Notes: generated from the letters alone by a model not told the origin. A DNA stretch of 64,000 nt from the human T2T-CHM13v2.0 reference genome, Homo sapiens (GCF_009914755.1 NC_060938.1), one strand, 5' to 3'. Numbered from the stretch's first letter, positions 26,471 to 41,865 are shown. A program made the numbers and translations.

Positions 26471-28896
26471 TAACACATTTTGTCTTTTCACTTTGCTGCA
26501 TTAGCAGTTTGTATTTTTGTGAAAATGGCCCAAAAAAGTTCTTATTCTAGGATAAAAAAAGACCAAAACTGAACTGAAGATGAAGATAATGAGAGGTTGA
26601 TGGTCACACTCTCCATTACCTAAAAGACTCACTTCTAACCCAGTAATGCAATTTTCTTCACAGAAATTGCAAATCATTATACAGACCTTTGAGTTCACTT
26701 AGAAATAGATAAAATCTCCAATGCAAAGGGAGTAGTAAGGAAAATAAAAGAAGCATAGCAAGGGTCATGATCCAGCTTTAGTTCTTATTCATTAAGAATA
26801 AGAATCGTTTGGTGCCCATTTGGTGTTTCTCCATTCTTACTAGCCATCTCTTTCCTGTCTAAGAATTCAATAAGGCAAGCATGTATGTACCTCCTGTTAC
26901 ATTCACCATTGTGCTGGTGCTAGGGGATGCCCAGATGACTAAGCCACAGTTCCTGGGGGAACTTGCAATCAGTGGGGGACCCATACAGGGTCATGGCTCA
27001 GTCTCACATGTCAGATTACGACAAGTGACAAGCTAGAGGTACTCACTTACAGGAAAGGACAATTATTCTGCAAAGATAAGTTCAGGAAATTATCCAAAGG
27101 AAGCAATACCTGCGGAACTCCTTTGTCTTCAAATTTCTCTAGAAATGTCATAGCTGAAAATCAGCTACTATAAGAAGAAAAATAAGATACCGTTGTATCA
27201 AGATACTCTTCTACCCACATGGCTATCAGGTTTCAGTTTAGTTCCATGTTCGTGGTGTTGTATTCAATTTGATAAACTACTCAGTCACAAATGTACCTCA
27301 CTTTCAAAATCTGTGACATGTAAAGATATATGGGTGAGACTTCACCTTACAGGTGTATTTACAATAGAACTTCATCAAATGGTAAATTACCTCAATGCAT
27401 TTTCATTTACTTATTCACAAAATGTAGTTTAGACATCCAGCTCTTGACAGTCCTTCTACTGCTCATTACAAGATGCACATAGATGAACAAAGCCCTCGCC
27501 CAAGTTTTAACTTCACATGAAGCATGTTGCAAACAGATGAACACAAAGTTGCTAGGATCAGAACATTTCCTATCATTACAAGTGAAGGTAAGCAGGATCA
27601 ATTTCATTTAAGGCACAAGTAATTACAGAGGCAAAACAACTAAAATAACAATGCCAGAAAATACCCTATGAGATAATGTTACAGCTACTCAAGTAGTTGG
27701 TTCAAATAATGTGGCACTGCAATTGCAGCACGGGGAGGGAGGGAAGCCTCTGTCCTGTTCAGTCCAACAGCTGTCCCGTCCCCAAGGAGGTACCAAGAAG
27801 AGTGGCTTCAGCATTTCTCCACTCTGAAACTTCTCAACTCCATAGGATTTTTGAGTAGCTTCTCAGAAACCATCAATTCCACTTTTAAGGATTAACAAGG
27901 TCCTATAAAGGCCAACCAAAACAGTAATTGCTTAACTAGTTGACTTTGGAATAAGCTTATATAATGGGTTTTTAAAGTATTTTATAATCTGCAAATATCT
28001 CCCCAAAATAAATTTTATAATTTCTAACTCCCCCCTACACAAAAATGGGAAAGGGAGAAGAATTTGACTAAAGACCAACTTTCTGATGTGCTCGGAAGTT
28101 ACAACACAAAAAAGTATTTCAACTTGCCCCTGCCAGAAGTTCAGAGAATGTATTATAGAAAATACATTCCCTTTCCTAGAAAACTGGGAAGGGAAGGTGT
28201 TCCTGAGTGCATTGGATGTAAAACAAAGACAGGGCAGTACTGTTAATATGGAAATCTTTATGCAGTGAGGATTCTGACATGTTCCCAAATAACTCAGCTC
28301 TGCTGGCTGCCTAGTTTTATTTAATTTTTGGCAAGGGGACTTTAAGCTTGTTTCTTTCTTACCACCTTTCTTTCCTGTATAAACAAACAAGCATTATTTG
28401 ACTTCCAAGCAGACTAGCAAAGCCCTGGTGAAGAAAAGGGAAAAAAAAAGCCTTGCTAAAGGGAGCAGAACGCTAGGGGAATTGCAAGTAGGTGGTAAAA
28501 ATTGGGACAAGAAGTGTGGGACTAATAGCGGAGAATAAACACACTTTCTGAAACCGCTTTTCCTGATATCTTTGGGCTCGCCATGTTGCTTGGACTAGTC
28601 CTGTGGATCTCTCTCTGCCATGTAGAAATGGCACGGGATTGGTCTTAGAGTCTTCTATTTTGGACGAACAATTTATGTTAAACAAGTTAAAGAGTCAAAA
28701 TTTCACATATTTTACGCCCTGTGATGACTGAGAAAAAAATATATAGGCTGACGAACTCCATTAGTACACTAGTATCATTGTTTTGTGCTTGCTAAGATTT
28801 GTATCCATAGCTGGAGAGTAAATTTGTAAATAAATAAATCATGAATTACAATTTAAAAAAATATTTCCAACGCAGAGGCTAGTCATTTGTAGATTG

Positions 28897-29150
28897 GCGA
28901 GTGTAGCATTACGGTTAAGAGCAGCCTCTGAATCAGGCTGTGCAGTTCATATCCCAGCTCTACACCTAACTACGTGTGTGAACATGGGCACATTACCTAA
29001 CCTTACTGGACCTGGTTGCTCATCTGTAAAAAGAAAGCAATAATACTGTGGCATAGAGGTGTTGGGGGATCAAATGAGTTAATATAATGCAACACTTAGA
29101 ATTATACCTCGAGAAGAGTAGGTGAATGCTAAGTGTCAGCTCCTGCTGCT
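28897..29150 (+). mobile_element. MIR, near full length
   Basis: ggttaagagc...cccagctct...ctcatctgtaaaa...atcaaatgagttaata. Confidence 0.8.
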
Positions 29151-32100
29151 ATTTAAAAAAAAAATAAAGTTAATAATTACGTCTAGCCGAAGCTGATCCC
29201 CTAATTTAAAACAATGGGGTGAAATTAAAACATTTTAGTGGACGCAAACAAGTAAAACTTTGTAAGTAGAATACTATGGCAGAGAAATAGAGGTATAAAG
29301 GAATCATAATGGATGAATTTCTAGTGTTCTTGTGCAGAGGATAATATTCAGGTATTGCATGGAGAATTAGGCACTGTTACTCATTATTAAAGAATACTGT
29401 TTATGAATGCAGGACTGATGCGTTGTGAGAGATGAGAGCTTCTCCGTGGTATTCCACACTTCTATACTGGCCTTGTTCCCTGGCTCACTCTCCAGAGGGT
29501 CCTTCTGCACCCACCCTCCTGGGTGAGCAATCCACATTCCCTGAAATGTTAATCTTTGGTTCTCAGTGGCCGACTTTGTTTCCTCCTTGGCCTCTGAGCT
29601 GTGTTGACGCCTTTCTAAAATAGAGTGAAGTGGAAAAAGCAACAATATTTTTGCATTTTATCTATAATTGCCAAAGGCAGAACATATTTGTGCTCAAAAT
29701 CCTTCAAAAACCCTAGGAGTAATATCACTCAAATCTAGATTTGCTGAGAAAGTGTTTGTAACTATCATACTTTGCAATAACCTTTCCTCTAAAGACATCT
29801 TCAAAGAACAGTTTATTTATTTTCTAAATCACTTCTGACGTTGTCTTTTTCTCTGCTTTTGTGCTGCGACAGACACATAGTCTCTCTATGTCCTTTGTCC
29901 AAGGGATGGATTACAGTAGCCTTCCTTCAAGTGACATTAGCAGAAATGTCAACGATATATGTTCAGATGTTCAGGGCTTATTTTTCTTTAGGACAGTTTT
30001 CCCCCTCCCTTCAGTGGGTTATGTTAACCTTTAAAGTGAAAATTTCTCAAACCTTTATACTTGCAACTTTAATAAAAACTCTTTTTTTTTCCTCTAGTTC
30101 TGGAGAGCATATAATCAGTCAGGGATTTAATTCTCATTAATCTTAGTTTACCACACAGACAGCCTTTGAATTACTATCCAATGTTGTTATACCTCTGCAC
30201 ACAGAGACAACTGAGTGGAGGAAGGGATGAGGAGAAAATAGAAAGCTGAAACACAGAGGTGCTCTGAAAGCCCTACCTACTGCAAAACGGTCCTTCGGAA
30301 TTTAGAATAATAAATCCCTCGTTAGATTGATCTGTCAGCACCCTACGAACTTCCTCTTCTCACTTTCCTTAGGAAACCAGGCCTAATCTATACAAATGCA
30401 CATCATTAACAACTGGAAATTGAAAACTATGTACACTTATACTGAGGAAGGGAGTTTGGCTCCCCCAGCACTACCATGGAAAAAACTGAAAAGTGGGAGA
30501 GAATATACTGGGATATAGAAAGATTCCAGTTCACCTCTTATTAACCTTACCCCCTGTCAATGTTTCTAAACAAACCAAGCATCCTTGGTTTGTTTTGCTT
30601 TTTTTTTGTTTTTTTCCTCCAAGTTTTCTTTTTATTCTGATCACAGCCATATGCTAAGCTGCTCATTTAGAATTTTAATAGTGTCTCTAGTTCATAAATC
30701 CATTATTTCTTTTCCTACTAGCTTATTAGTCTATTAACAACCTCATACTGTGAAAACAAATTAGAATTGGATAACCTACCCAGCTTTTGACACCACTTTC
30801 CAGCTCTTTAGCAACTGCTTCAGATACTGATAAACCTAAATATAGAAGCAAGAAACACAGAGCCGAAATCATTTAGTATCTTAGTGATTAAAGCAAAAAC
30901 ATGCAATCACCAGCTCAAAGCCTCCAAGTCAGGCTTGCAGCTGTTCTATCTGATCATTGTTTATTTTGATTTATTCATTCCAAAGGTACTTGAGACCATG
31001 CACCCTCAGAATATAAATATTGCTAGTGTTCTAGAGCATGAATATTAAAAAGAAAATAGTTTTTAGAGTTCTTTAAATTGACCAAAAAATAAAAGCCCTT
31101 TGGATAATCAATCCAAGTAGTTTCCTTGTGTTGGAAATTTCCATTAAAACCCAACACAGGCACTAGATTAAAAAAAAAATAGTGTGACATTCCACAAGGC
31201 CAACAGATGACAGAAGATATCAGGTAGAAAGTTCAGCAGAAGAACTAAGGGTAACACACCTTTCAGGTTTTCAAGCCTCATAGCTATGCTCAGAAATACA
31301 AAGTGAAAAAAGGCCTCCAAAAAAATCTACTTTTCACAAATTTATTCTTCAACCAATCCCAAGCACAAACTGGATATCTGAATAAAATCTGTAGCTTTCT
31401 GGAAAATTATTCTCTTTGAAAAGTCATAGGCATTTCAGATGAACCTGTTCTAAAATCAAGGAGTTCTCAGAAGCCTTTCAGTCTTCCAATTCTCTGGACA
31501 CTTACCCTTGCATTTTCCATTACAACTTTCCACATGCCTACAGAGAGCTGAAGCTGTTTCCCCCATAATGTGCTTTAAGACATGAAACACCTAAGCAAAA
31601 GGCCACATTTCTAAATGTCTCCATATACTTATGGCAATATATAGTCCAAACCATTCCCTTTCTGATACAGCAAATTATTTTGTCTTTTACTGGAGACTGC
31701 AGAGATTTAAAGTAATAGTTTGCAGTCCTAAAGGGCATTCATGCCCACGTTGGCAGTTTCAGGAAGTTTTATTGCTGAACTTCCAAGGAAGCTAATAAAC
31801 ATTTGTCTGGTTTCCTATTTAGACTTCCAGCACTAAACGAATACATAGCACAAGTGGAATTTCTTCAAATTAGATATTTTTATATCAGTAACAAAATTTT
31901 ATAGGCTGCACCAGCTTTAAATGGCCTAAGTAGTGAAATAATGTTCTACGAAAGATGGTCAAATGACCTCTCCTTCGCCCTGGGCATCGCTCAATGAACT
32001 GGAATCACTACTGTCAAGAGAACGTGTTCCACTAACTTCTTTTCCCTTCTTCCCCTCTGATCCCAGTTCTTAGGAAAGTGTATCCTGGCAGAAGGGGTAG

Positions 32101-32977
32101 CAGTACCATACCATACTGGCTTCTAAAGAATCTAGAAAATATGTAGCCTCCCCATCACAAAGCACCACTTTGTTATATGCAAAAAAGAATATGACTGTGT
32201 CCTCTAGATAGAAGGCTGAAACATTTACAGGCACTTTAACTGACAAATATTCCCCAGGCCATAGCTACAGAAATATTTTATTTCATTAAATTTTGTCAAG
32301 ACTTGCTATGCTTCTGTTAGCTTGCAACGAATCCACTTTTGGAGGTGAAATCTACTTTAAGTGGTAACATATTGCTCAGATGGCTCATCCCACCGTTCTG
32401 CAGAGCAGACCCAGGACAATCACGTGGGGATAATAGCCTGCACTTTCCATGTCTGCACTTTCTTAGAAATGGGGAGAGTATTTTCATATGTTTTTTATTT
32501 GTCCATTGAACTTTTAGTTTTTGAAGAAAAGCCACATTTCCTTGGAGAAATAAATCTTTTATGATAAAGTCTTCACCACACATTTTTGTGATTGTGGCAC
32601 TGTGCTAATTATAACAGATTTTATGAACAACATTTTTACCTGTGTATGATGTCCTTGAAAAGAAATTCTTTTATGGTGACCTGTTAGGGGAAGAAATGCT
32701 CTGTACTTGATTCTCTGTGAACTAAATAAATCACTTTATTATTCCGGTGATGACACCCAGGGTTGCTGCCATCACAATGAACTGATAACACTGAAGCAAA
32801 GGCCTATGGAGGTGTTCTGCTGGGATCTAAAGAGGGGCAGGTTTACCAAAATTACAACTCTATCAAAGAATGTGAACAAGGGCTAAAAAGTCTGTGTCTG
32901 GGTAATAGGAGAGACTTTGGTTCTTTTATAAGAAAATCTTAAAATGGTTATTACACTGCTATTTTAATAAAAGTAAT

Positions 32978-33609
<632 letters not shown>

Positions 33610-34342
33610 GTAATTAAAAGCAATATCTGGATGTGTAAAAAAAAGCTAAATGTTGAGAGTTGTTACTCATTTTCTTCCTCATTTCTCTGAGCTTCCACAC
33701 AACTTTCCTTGGTAGAGTTAGGTTTATTTCTTTTTGGGGAAGCAAAAACACATGTTAAAGACTCATTCATTCATTCAACTAATTCCCTCATATTTATGGA
33801 GCACCTACTATGTTTCAGGTAGTGGAGCAGTGTTGAACAAGTGAAGTGTACTCTCTTCTGGAGTTTATATTATAGTGAGGAGAGGGTAAGAATGAGAAGG
33901 GTAAGTCCAAATGGTGATAAGGGCAATGAAATCCAAGATCCAATGCACATTACCCAAGGCTGGATAATGTGACTGTGGGCAAGGGAGAAGGAGCGGCTAC
34001 TTAGATTCAGTGGTCTAGGCAAGTGTGATCCAGGAGGTGGTACTGGGTAGAGGCCTGCCAGTTAGTGGTCAGCTATACAAAGAATCAGGAAGGGGGAAGG
34101 CAGGAGGCTAACAAAATACACAAGGACAAACAAATGCAAAAGTCCTAAAAGGAAAGCTTGGTATTTCTGAGGATACGTAGAGGTCCAATGTGGCTGGAGC
34201 AGCCCATAAGGCGATAAAGGGTAAGAGAGAAGACAGAAGAGGCCTTCAAAAAAAAAGCAGTACTAGATCGTTTAGGATCTTGGAAGCCACAGCACCCACA
34301 TTTGGATTTATTCAAGATTTCGATTAATAAGATTTAGATTTG

Positions 34343-34550
34343 GGCTGGGCACGGTGGCTCATGCCTGTAATCCCAGCACTTTGGGAGGCCAAGGCGGGCA
34401 GATCACGAGGTCAGGAATTTGAGACCAACCTGGCTAACATGGTGAAACTCCATCTCTACTAAAAATACAAAAACTAGCTGGGCGTGGTAGCGGGTGCCTG
34501 TAGTCCCAGCTACTTAGGAGGCTGAGGCAGGAGAATCGTTTGAACCTGGG
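34343..34550 (+). mobile_element. AluS, 3'-truncated
   Basis: Alu sequence stops at gaacctggga with no 3' end or poly(A). Confidence 0.9.
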
Positions 34551-34589
34551 ATTTAAAGTTTTTAAATCTGTCTTTAAAGTTTCTTTGGC

Positions 34590-34762
34590 TTAGCCGGACA
34601 TGGTGGTACATGCCTATGTTGGGCCATTCAGGGAGCTGAAATGAAAAGATGGCTTGAGCCCAGCAGTTTAAGGTGCAGTGAGGTATGATTGCGCCATTGC
34701 ACTGCAGCCTGGATGATAGAGTGAGATCCTGTCTCTAAAAAAAATAAATAAATAAAATAAAA
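34590..34762 (+). mobile_element. Alu right monomer (FRAM or 5'-truncated AluJ)
   Basis: cttgagcccag, cattgcactgcagcctgg; own TSD ttctttggctt on both sides. Confidence 0.85.
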
Positions 34763-35216
34763 ATATTCTTTGGCTTGCTGTCTATATAATGAATTACAGT
34801 GAGTGAGAGATGAGAATAGGCATGGGAAAATCAGCTAGGTGGCTATTCTAGGTGGTTCAGGAGAGAGAAGATGGTGGCTTGGAATCGTGTAGTAGCAGTT
34901 AAATGGATAGAAAGGGGTGAATCAGAAATGCATTTTGAAGGTAGAACCAACAACTCTTGCTGGCTGATTAGATGTGGGAGGATAAAAGAAATGAACAAAT
35001 CAAGAAAGACTCCAAGATTCCTGGCTACGCAACTCAACTATTGTCATTTGAGGTAAAATAACTAGGGGGAAAAGGGACTTGGTGAACAAAGAGGAAATCA
35101 ACAGGCTCTCTGTTTTGACCATGTTAAGTTTGGGAAGCCTAGTAGACATATGAATGGAAATGGTGACTGGGCAGCTGAATGTAAAGATTTAAAGCAGTAG
35201 AAAGGGGTCCAGGCTA

Positions 35217-35874
<658 letters not shown>

Positions 35875-36199
35875 TTAAGAACAAAGATCATCAAGCTTCA
35901 TCACATTGTGTTGTCTCTACTTGAATACCAAATTTTGTTGAATATTATAGAACACACGCTCCTATAAAAATGCTTTATAGATTTAGCAGTTTTCAATTGT
36001 ATCCTACATTTTATCAAAATTGGGCATGCTTTTTTAACGTAATTATTAAAAAAGAAACCTAAAATATACAAAGTCCAGTTAAAAGAAAACTTACTTCTAT
36101 GTAAAAACTCTTGTATTCTTGGGGAGATCAAGTGATTTTCCAAGGTTACAGAGCAATTTAGGGACCCGAGAATTAGTAACTATCCAATTCCTAGACAAA

Positions 36200-36960
36200 G
36201 CAATGAGAAAAAGACAAAAATAATAGTGAATGTAGGGGCAGAAAATACCAAAATTGAAGCAATGAAAGAGAAGAAGATAGCAATGGAATTCAAAGATGAT
36301 CCCACAAAAGATAACTGTTACCTAAAGAAAAGAATCCAATGAGTGGAGCATAAAATATTAAGACACATGATAGAAGAAAACTTCCTGAAATAAAAACAAA
36401 TTGAACTTGTAGATTTTATAGAGTATACAGGTTAATATAAAGACATCACCTTGTTAAGTTTTTGAACCTAAAATATCAAGAAATAATTCTCTAACATTAA
36501 GACTGAATAAAAGTGAGTCATTTACAGAAGGGGAAAATAAATCAGACTTGGTCAAAGCTTCTTCCTGGCAACATTCAGTGACAGAAGTCAGTAAAACAAC
36601 TAGAAAGTTATGGGAGAAAGAAAGTACTATCTAAGAATATTGCACACAACATTCTTGTTCAAAGTATAAACACAACAGACATTCTCAAACATGAAAGAAC
36701 GTAAGGACAAAATGTAGCACTCTCATCACCTCTTGAAAAGGATAACAGACATTCCATGATGACATCCAGCCTATCAAGAGCTGAATAAAAATAAAGGCTA
36801 AACATGGAGAGGCCACGGTTAACGGATCTGGGATAAGCATCAAATCCATTAACATACAGAACTAAGACTAAACAATTGTAGGAAGGAAGCATGTTTGCAG
36901 AATAGAATGTAAATATTAGAGTCCCTGACAAAGTAAAAATAATACAACTAATAAAAGCCA
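36200..36960 (+). mobile_element. Ancient L1 ORF1-like / HAL1-like fragment
   Basis: A-rich; agaagaaaacttcctgaaataaa, cagactt...gcaacattc..tgacagaag motifs. Confidence 0.55.
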
Positions 36961-38844
36961 AGGGGCATAGGAGGAAAAATAAGAAGTATAATAATTTGTT
37001 TATAAAATCAATAAAGTCACTCTCTAAAACAAAATTCCTAAGAATTTTGTTGTTAGGAGGTCAGAGGCAAACTGACCTCTGATAGAGAACACCAAAAGAC
37101 ACATTTTAAGAACCTTAAGTGATATTAATACTCTTTTTAAAAAAAATCTCAAAAAATACTTGATTTACTTTACATTTATAACATTAATGCATCTCACAGA
37201 GTTCCTTAGGTCTCCTGGAGCAATGGGATGGTGGAAGAGGGGAATACGAAACGAAGGTACAGAAAACCTCTAAAAGAGACTGATCTTCCCACAGAGAAAT
37301 GTGCACCATCTAGAAATGTATTTTATAAAAATTAGTATTGCACTATAGCACTGAATTAAAATCCTTTAGTAAATATGAAAAAGCAGCAAGGGCAAATGTG
37401 GGATCATTAGATACACTCAGCTTCTCATAACAATAAGCCACAGTTAATCCTGCAGGGCCTCTTATGTGCAAATAGGTTTTGCTAGACAACATTTATAATA
37501 TAGGAATCTCCAAATTATAGAAAGAAACAAATTTGAGGCAATGAAGGAAAAGCTAGAAAATAAAGTTGAGAGTGAAGTTAAGAGAAGTGTCAAAACAAAC
37601 AAAAGAAAAAGAGATAAAAAGCAACATCCGTCCCCTGACCAAATAAATCCATATATATGATTCATGTGAAAAGGCTCAGCAAGAAGTAAGAAAGAGCCAA
37701 ACTAAGTCAAAACAAGTAAGAATAATCTAAATTTCAAAAGGAAGAAAAACATCTCCATGTTGTGGAGATATGTGTGGTGAAGTTTCAAAAGGATGATTGA
37801 TATTAATAAGATGGGGTTATATGGGCTTTGCATACAATATAACAGTATTTTCTAAAAACATCTAAGAGGAAATGTGTCTGCAAAGAGTATAAAATGTCTA
37901 CTTTCGAACACACTTGTTATTTCAGATTATATGACACTAAAATACAATTATACTAGATTGCTTTTTCTTTGACTTCTTTTATTGAAATCCAAGATAAGCC
38001 AACATGACTCCACCTAGAAAGTCTTTCTTCTCAGATGTAGCACTGCTCTTGGAAATAATCTTTTCCTGATGAACACATACTAACAACTTAACATCCATGC
38101 ACAGACCAGACAGAGACAATTTGGCAACTCTCTTTCATATCTCCTTTCACAGGAGAGATCTAGCCCAAGAATCCAAAACAAACGAGAGAAATATGAGAAT
38201 GTGTGTAGAATCACAAAGCACATGTGACTCTTCCTTGACTTAACAGTATAACTTTAGGTTGGCTAGAACCAGATGTCTTTGAACTTGGCTTATTTTTTGT
38301 GTCTGTAGCAGGTTTTTGTGTCTGTGGTTCCACTGACTAGAGCCCTGTGTTAGATCAGAGTTAAACTTTACAGCCATTTGAGAGTCTACTGGCTTGCTTT
38401 GCTCCATTAGTCCCAGACTCTACTTGAACACTTGCTGTTTGCTTTTCAACACTGTTGTTTCCTGCTCCCCCTCCTCCTCACATATGGATCACAGGCCAGA
38501 AACAAAACAAAACAAAAAACAAAACAAAACAAAAAACCCTACTGTCATTGGATGCACCAAAACCAGGTTGGCATGCTCTTTGGATGCTGAGTAATGCCAC
38601 CTTCAGATAGAAGAGGTCACTAGTTTGAAGAAAGGAGGAGAAATGGAAAATATACACATAGGAAGAATGTGAAGAAAGAAATCTCTTCACTTTGCAAATA
38701 AATCTATTCTTACAGATTAGATTTGTAAAGAATCTTATAGATTAGATTTAATCATATCCAAGTCATCACTGATTGTCAAAAGGTACTATTATTTATGTAA
38801 CAGGCACTATTATTTGTGTAACAGTAAATAAGTAAAGAGACCCA

Positions 38845-39513
38845 TGAGGAATTGCCACACCGTCTTCCACAATGGTTGAACTAATTTACACTCCCACCAA
38901 CAGTGTAAAAGTGTTCCTATTTCTCTACATCCTCTCCAACATCTGTTGTTTCCTGACTTTTTAATGATTACCATTCTAACTGGCGTGAGAGCAATCCCAT
39001 TACTGAGTATATACCCAAAGGATTAGAAATCATTCTATGATAAAGACACATGCACACATATGTTTATTTCAGCACTATTCACAATAGCAAAGACTTGGAA
39101 CCAACCCAAATATCCATCAATGATAGACTGGAAAAAGAAAATGTGGCACATATGCACCATGGAATACTATGCAGCCATAAAAAAGAATGAGTTCATGTCC
39201 TTTACAGGCACATGGATGAAGCTGGAAACCTTCATTCTCAGCAAACTAACACAAGAACAGACAATCAAACACTACATGTTCTCACTCATAAGTGGGAGTT
39301 GAACAATGAGAACACATGGACACAGGGAGGGGAACATCACACACCAGGGCCTGTCGGCGGGTGAGGGTGGAGGGAGGCATAGCACTAGGAGAAATACCTA
39401 ATGTAGGTGACAAGTTGATGCGTGCAGCAAACCACCATGGCACATGTATACCCATGTAACAAACCTGCACGTTCTGCACACGTACCCCAGAATTTAAAAT
39501 ATAATTTAAAAAA
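38845..39513 (+). mobile_element. L1PA (PA7/8-like) with 5' inversion (38845-38990 inverted, 38991-39513 direct)
   Basis: Orientation switch at 38990/38991; TSD aagtaaagagac at 38830-38841 and 39514-39525. Confidence 0.93.
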
Positions 39514-41865
39514 AAGTAAAGAGACTACCAATTAAACCACGACACACTTTTTAAACACATGCTTTTACATTTACTAAGAGTTCTTTTAGAATTAGACTTA
39601 TATATGATGTTGCTCTGTTACTATGCCTTTATATATACTGAACAACATAATCTTTTTGAAGGCAGTTTACAGGGCAATTACACTCAACCTGTCTTAACTG
39701 AAGTGATGACAATATGAGCAGTTATGCCCAATCTGCACAGGCAATCACAATTATGTGATGACTGCCACCTGGCTAGCCATTTAAAGATGTCACAGATTCT
39801 AAGATGCATCCCAATTTCATTAAAATGTAAAACACATATATATATATGTCTTAGAAACATAAAATACAGTAATTTATATTATCACTTCTGACCATAGCTG
39901 ATATATGTTTTAAACATGTATATACAGCAGCATGAATAAAGAAATGTAAGCAAATATTTTCTTGGTTGTGTTATCTTTAAATAGTACTGTTTCTGACATT
40001 AAGCTTAATTGTCCATGTGCATGCAGGGATGCAGCCATTTGGCTGAGATTTAAAAAAAAAATTACCTGTGTACATTCAGGTTTTCAGATATTTTGTTAAT
40101 TATTTTGCTCCCAGTATTCTGGGTTTTATGGGTGGAAGGTGTTTCAAAACTGCCAATCAAAAATCACTCAGCCTTTGCCACTTTGCAAATGCAGCAACGT
40201 GTTGATGAGGTGCAAAATCATATACGAGCAATCTGCCTGGCTTTATATGGGGAAGAAAACCATTCACCTTGTTTATCTTGATGCACACATTGTACAAGAC
40301 AACAGAAATCACATAAAACTTTAGGCAGGGGAAAATCAGATCCTAATATTTGGCTGTCTGAACTGAAAAACACAGAATATGCTGGGCCCTGGCACTCCCA
40401 CCACTTTTTTTCTCACGCAAGAGCAGTATGAACCAAAATGTGTGAGCAGATAAGCTTCAGAAGAGCTGCTTCATCAGATGCTGTCCCCTGCCCACCTAGG
40501 CTTAGGATGGTTTATCTCCTAATATCTCTGTAATAGCTAATTCAGTCAGGCAAAGATTTTGTTTTTCATGAGATTCCATTTCTCCCATCTCTGACAATTT
40601 TATCATTATAATACTTAACCATGCTTCATACTTTATCCCTGCCTAAAAAAAGTAATACTCCACTCCAAGGCCCTTGTTTGCTGTATGGTAGACACTGCCC
40701 CTATAATAATTTCTAAGGCTTATAAAATCAAAATCTACACCAAATACCTTTCCAGATTCTAAGGCCCAGAGGAAGCCATTCTTTCACATTTTAGTAAGAA
40801 AAGAAAAACCAGGAAAAAAAAAAAAAGGCCCACAAAACAAAGTTAGTCCATTATACCAGTACTAGACTGCATTATAAAGAATGACATTTACATTTTAAAA
40901 TATTATTTATTTGTTTTTAATGGAGGCAAGTTGGCCCTCACCCTCCTGGAAGCAGGCCAGGGGTCCTCCATAACGATCTGCTCCCCTAAGCTTTCAAGAG
41001 GATCTTAAACATGAGTCCCTGCCCACTGGCTAGACATTCCTAACAGAAAACTCACTTTGCTGGTTTAAGGCACTTAACATGTATTCAACTTGCTCTATTA
41101 AACCATTGTGGCAGTACAACAAAGGCAGAGGGTTGATGTCCAGGGGGAAGGAAGATCATTTAAGCAGCCAACTCCAGGCAGCCAGAAAATGCCATAAACC
41201 TAAAACTGAAAAATAATAATAATAATAATTACATAAGTACAAGGGATTGAAAAGCAGAAAATGAAGTCTAATTACATCTCAGAATTCAATGAAAAGAAAT
41301 TAATCATATTGCATTTATTTGCTTTTGTCTGATAAAGTATCACTGATTTAGATCAAGCCAAATATCAAGATATTTTGCTACAGTTACCAACTAACATTTA
41401 AATCCCCTCCTAGTGCTCCGGTGACTGTGGCCAAGGCAACAGAGATACTGCATCAACAGACCACAGGGATATATGGAGTACATAATTGCGGATCTTGGTG
41501 TTTGAATACCTTCCTGACTTCTATTCTAGTTTGGGAAGTCTTGACTCCAACCCTATATCTGTTAGGCAAGCTAAAGGGTAATGGGTTCCTCTGAAACAAC
41601 AGAAGTAAATGAAAGATTTTAGCAAAAGGTTCAATTAGATGTGGTTACATAACATTTTTTCAAGTAAATCTACATTACCTTTTTTTTTTTTTTCCAGTTA
41701 CAGCTCTGTTGGGCTAACCTGAGAGGTGAAAACTGAGAACTTTCTGCTATTCTGCCTATGGCGATGGCCATTACCTCTAAATGAAAGCTATCAAGATATG
41801 TTTGTTGAATTCGTATGTATACTTCACATGTACTGTATCATGATGTTGAAACTCTGTGATTCTAG

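Noticed and set aside
39060-39302. L1 ORF2-like peptides (also 53203-53760)
   Set aside because: Short, disrupted C-terminal remnants of truncated L1s, not functional CDS.
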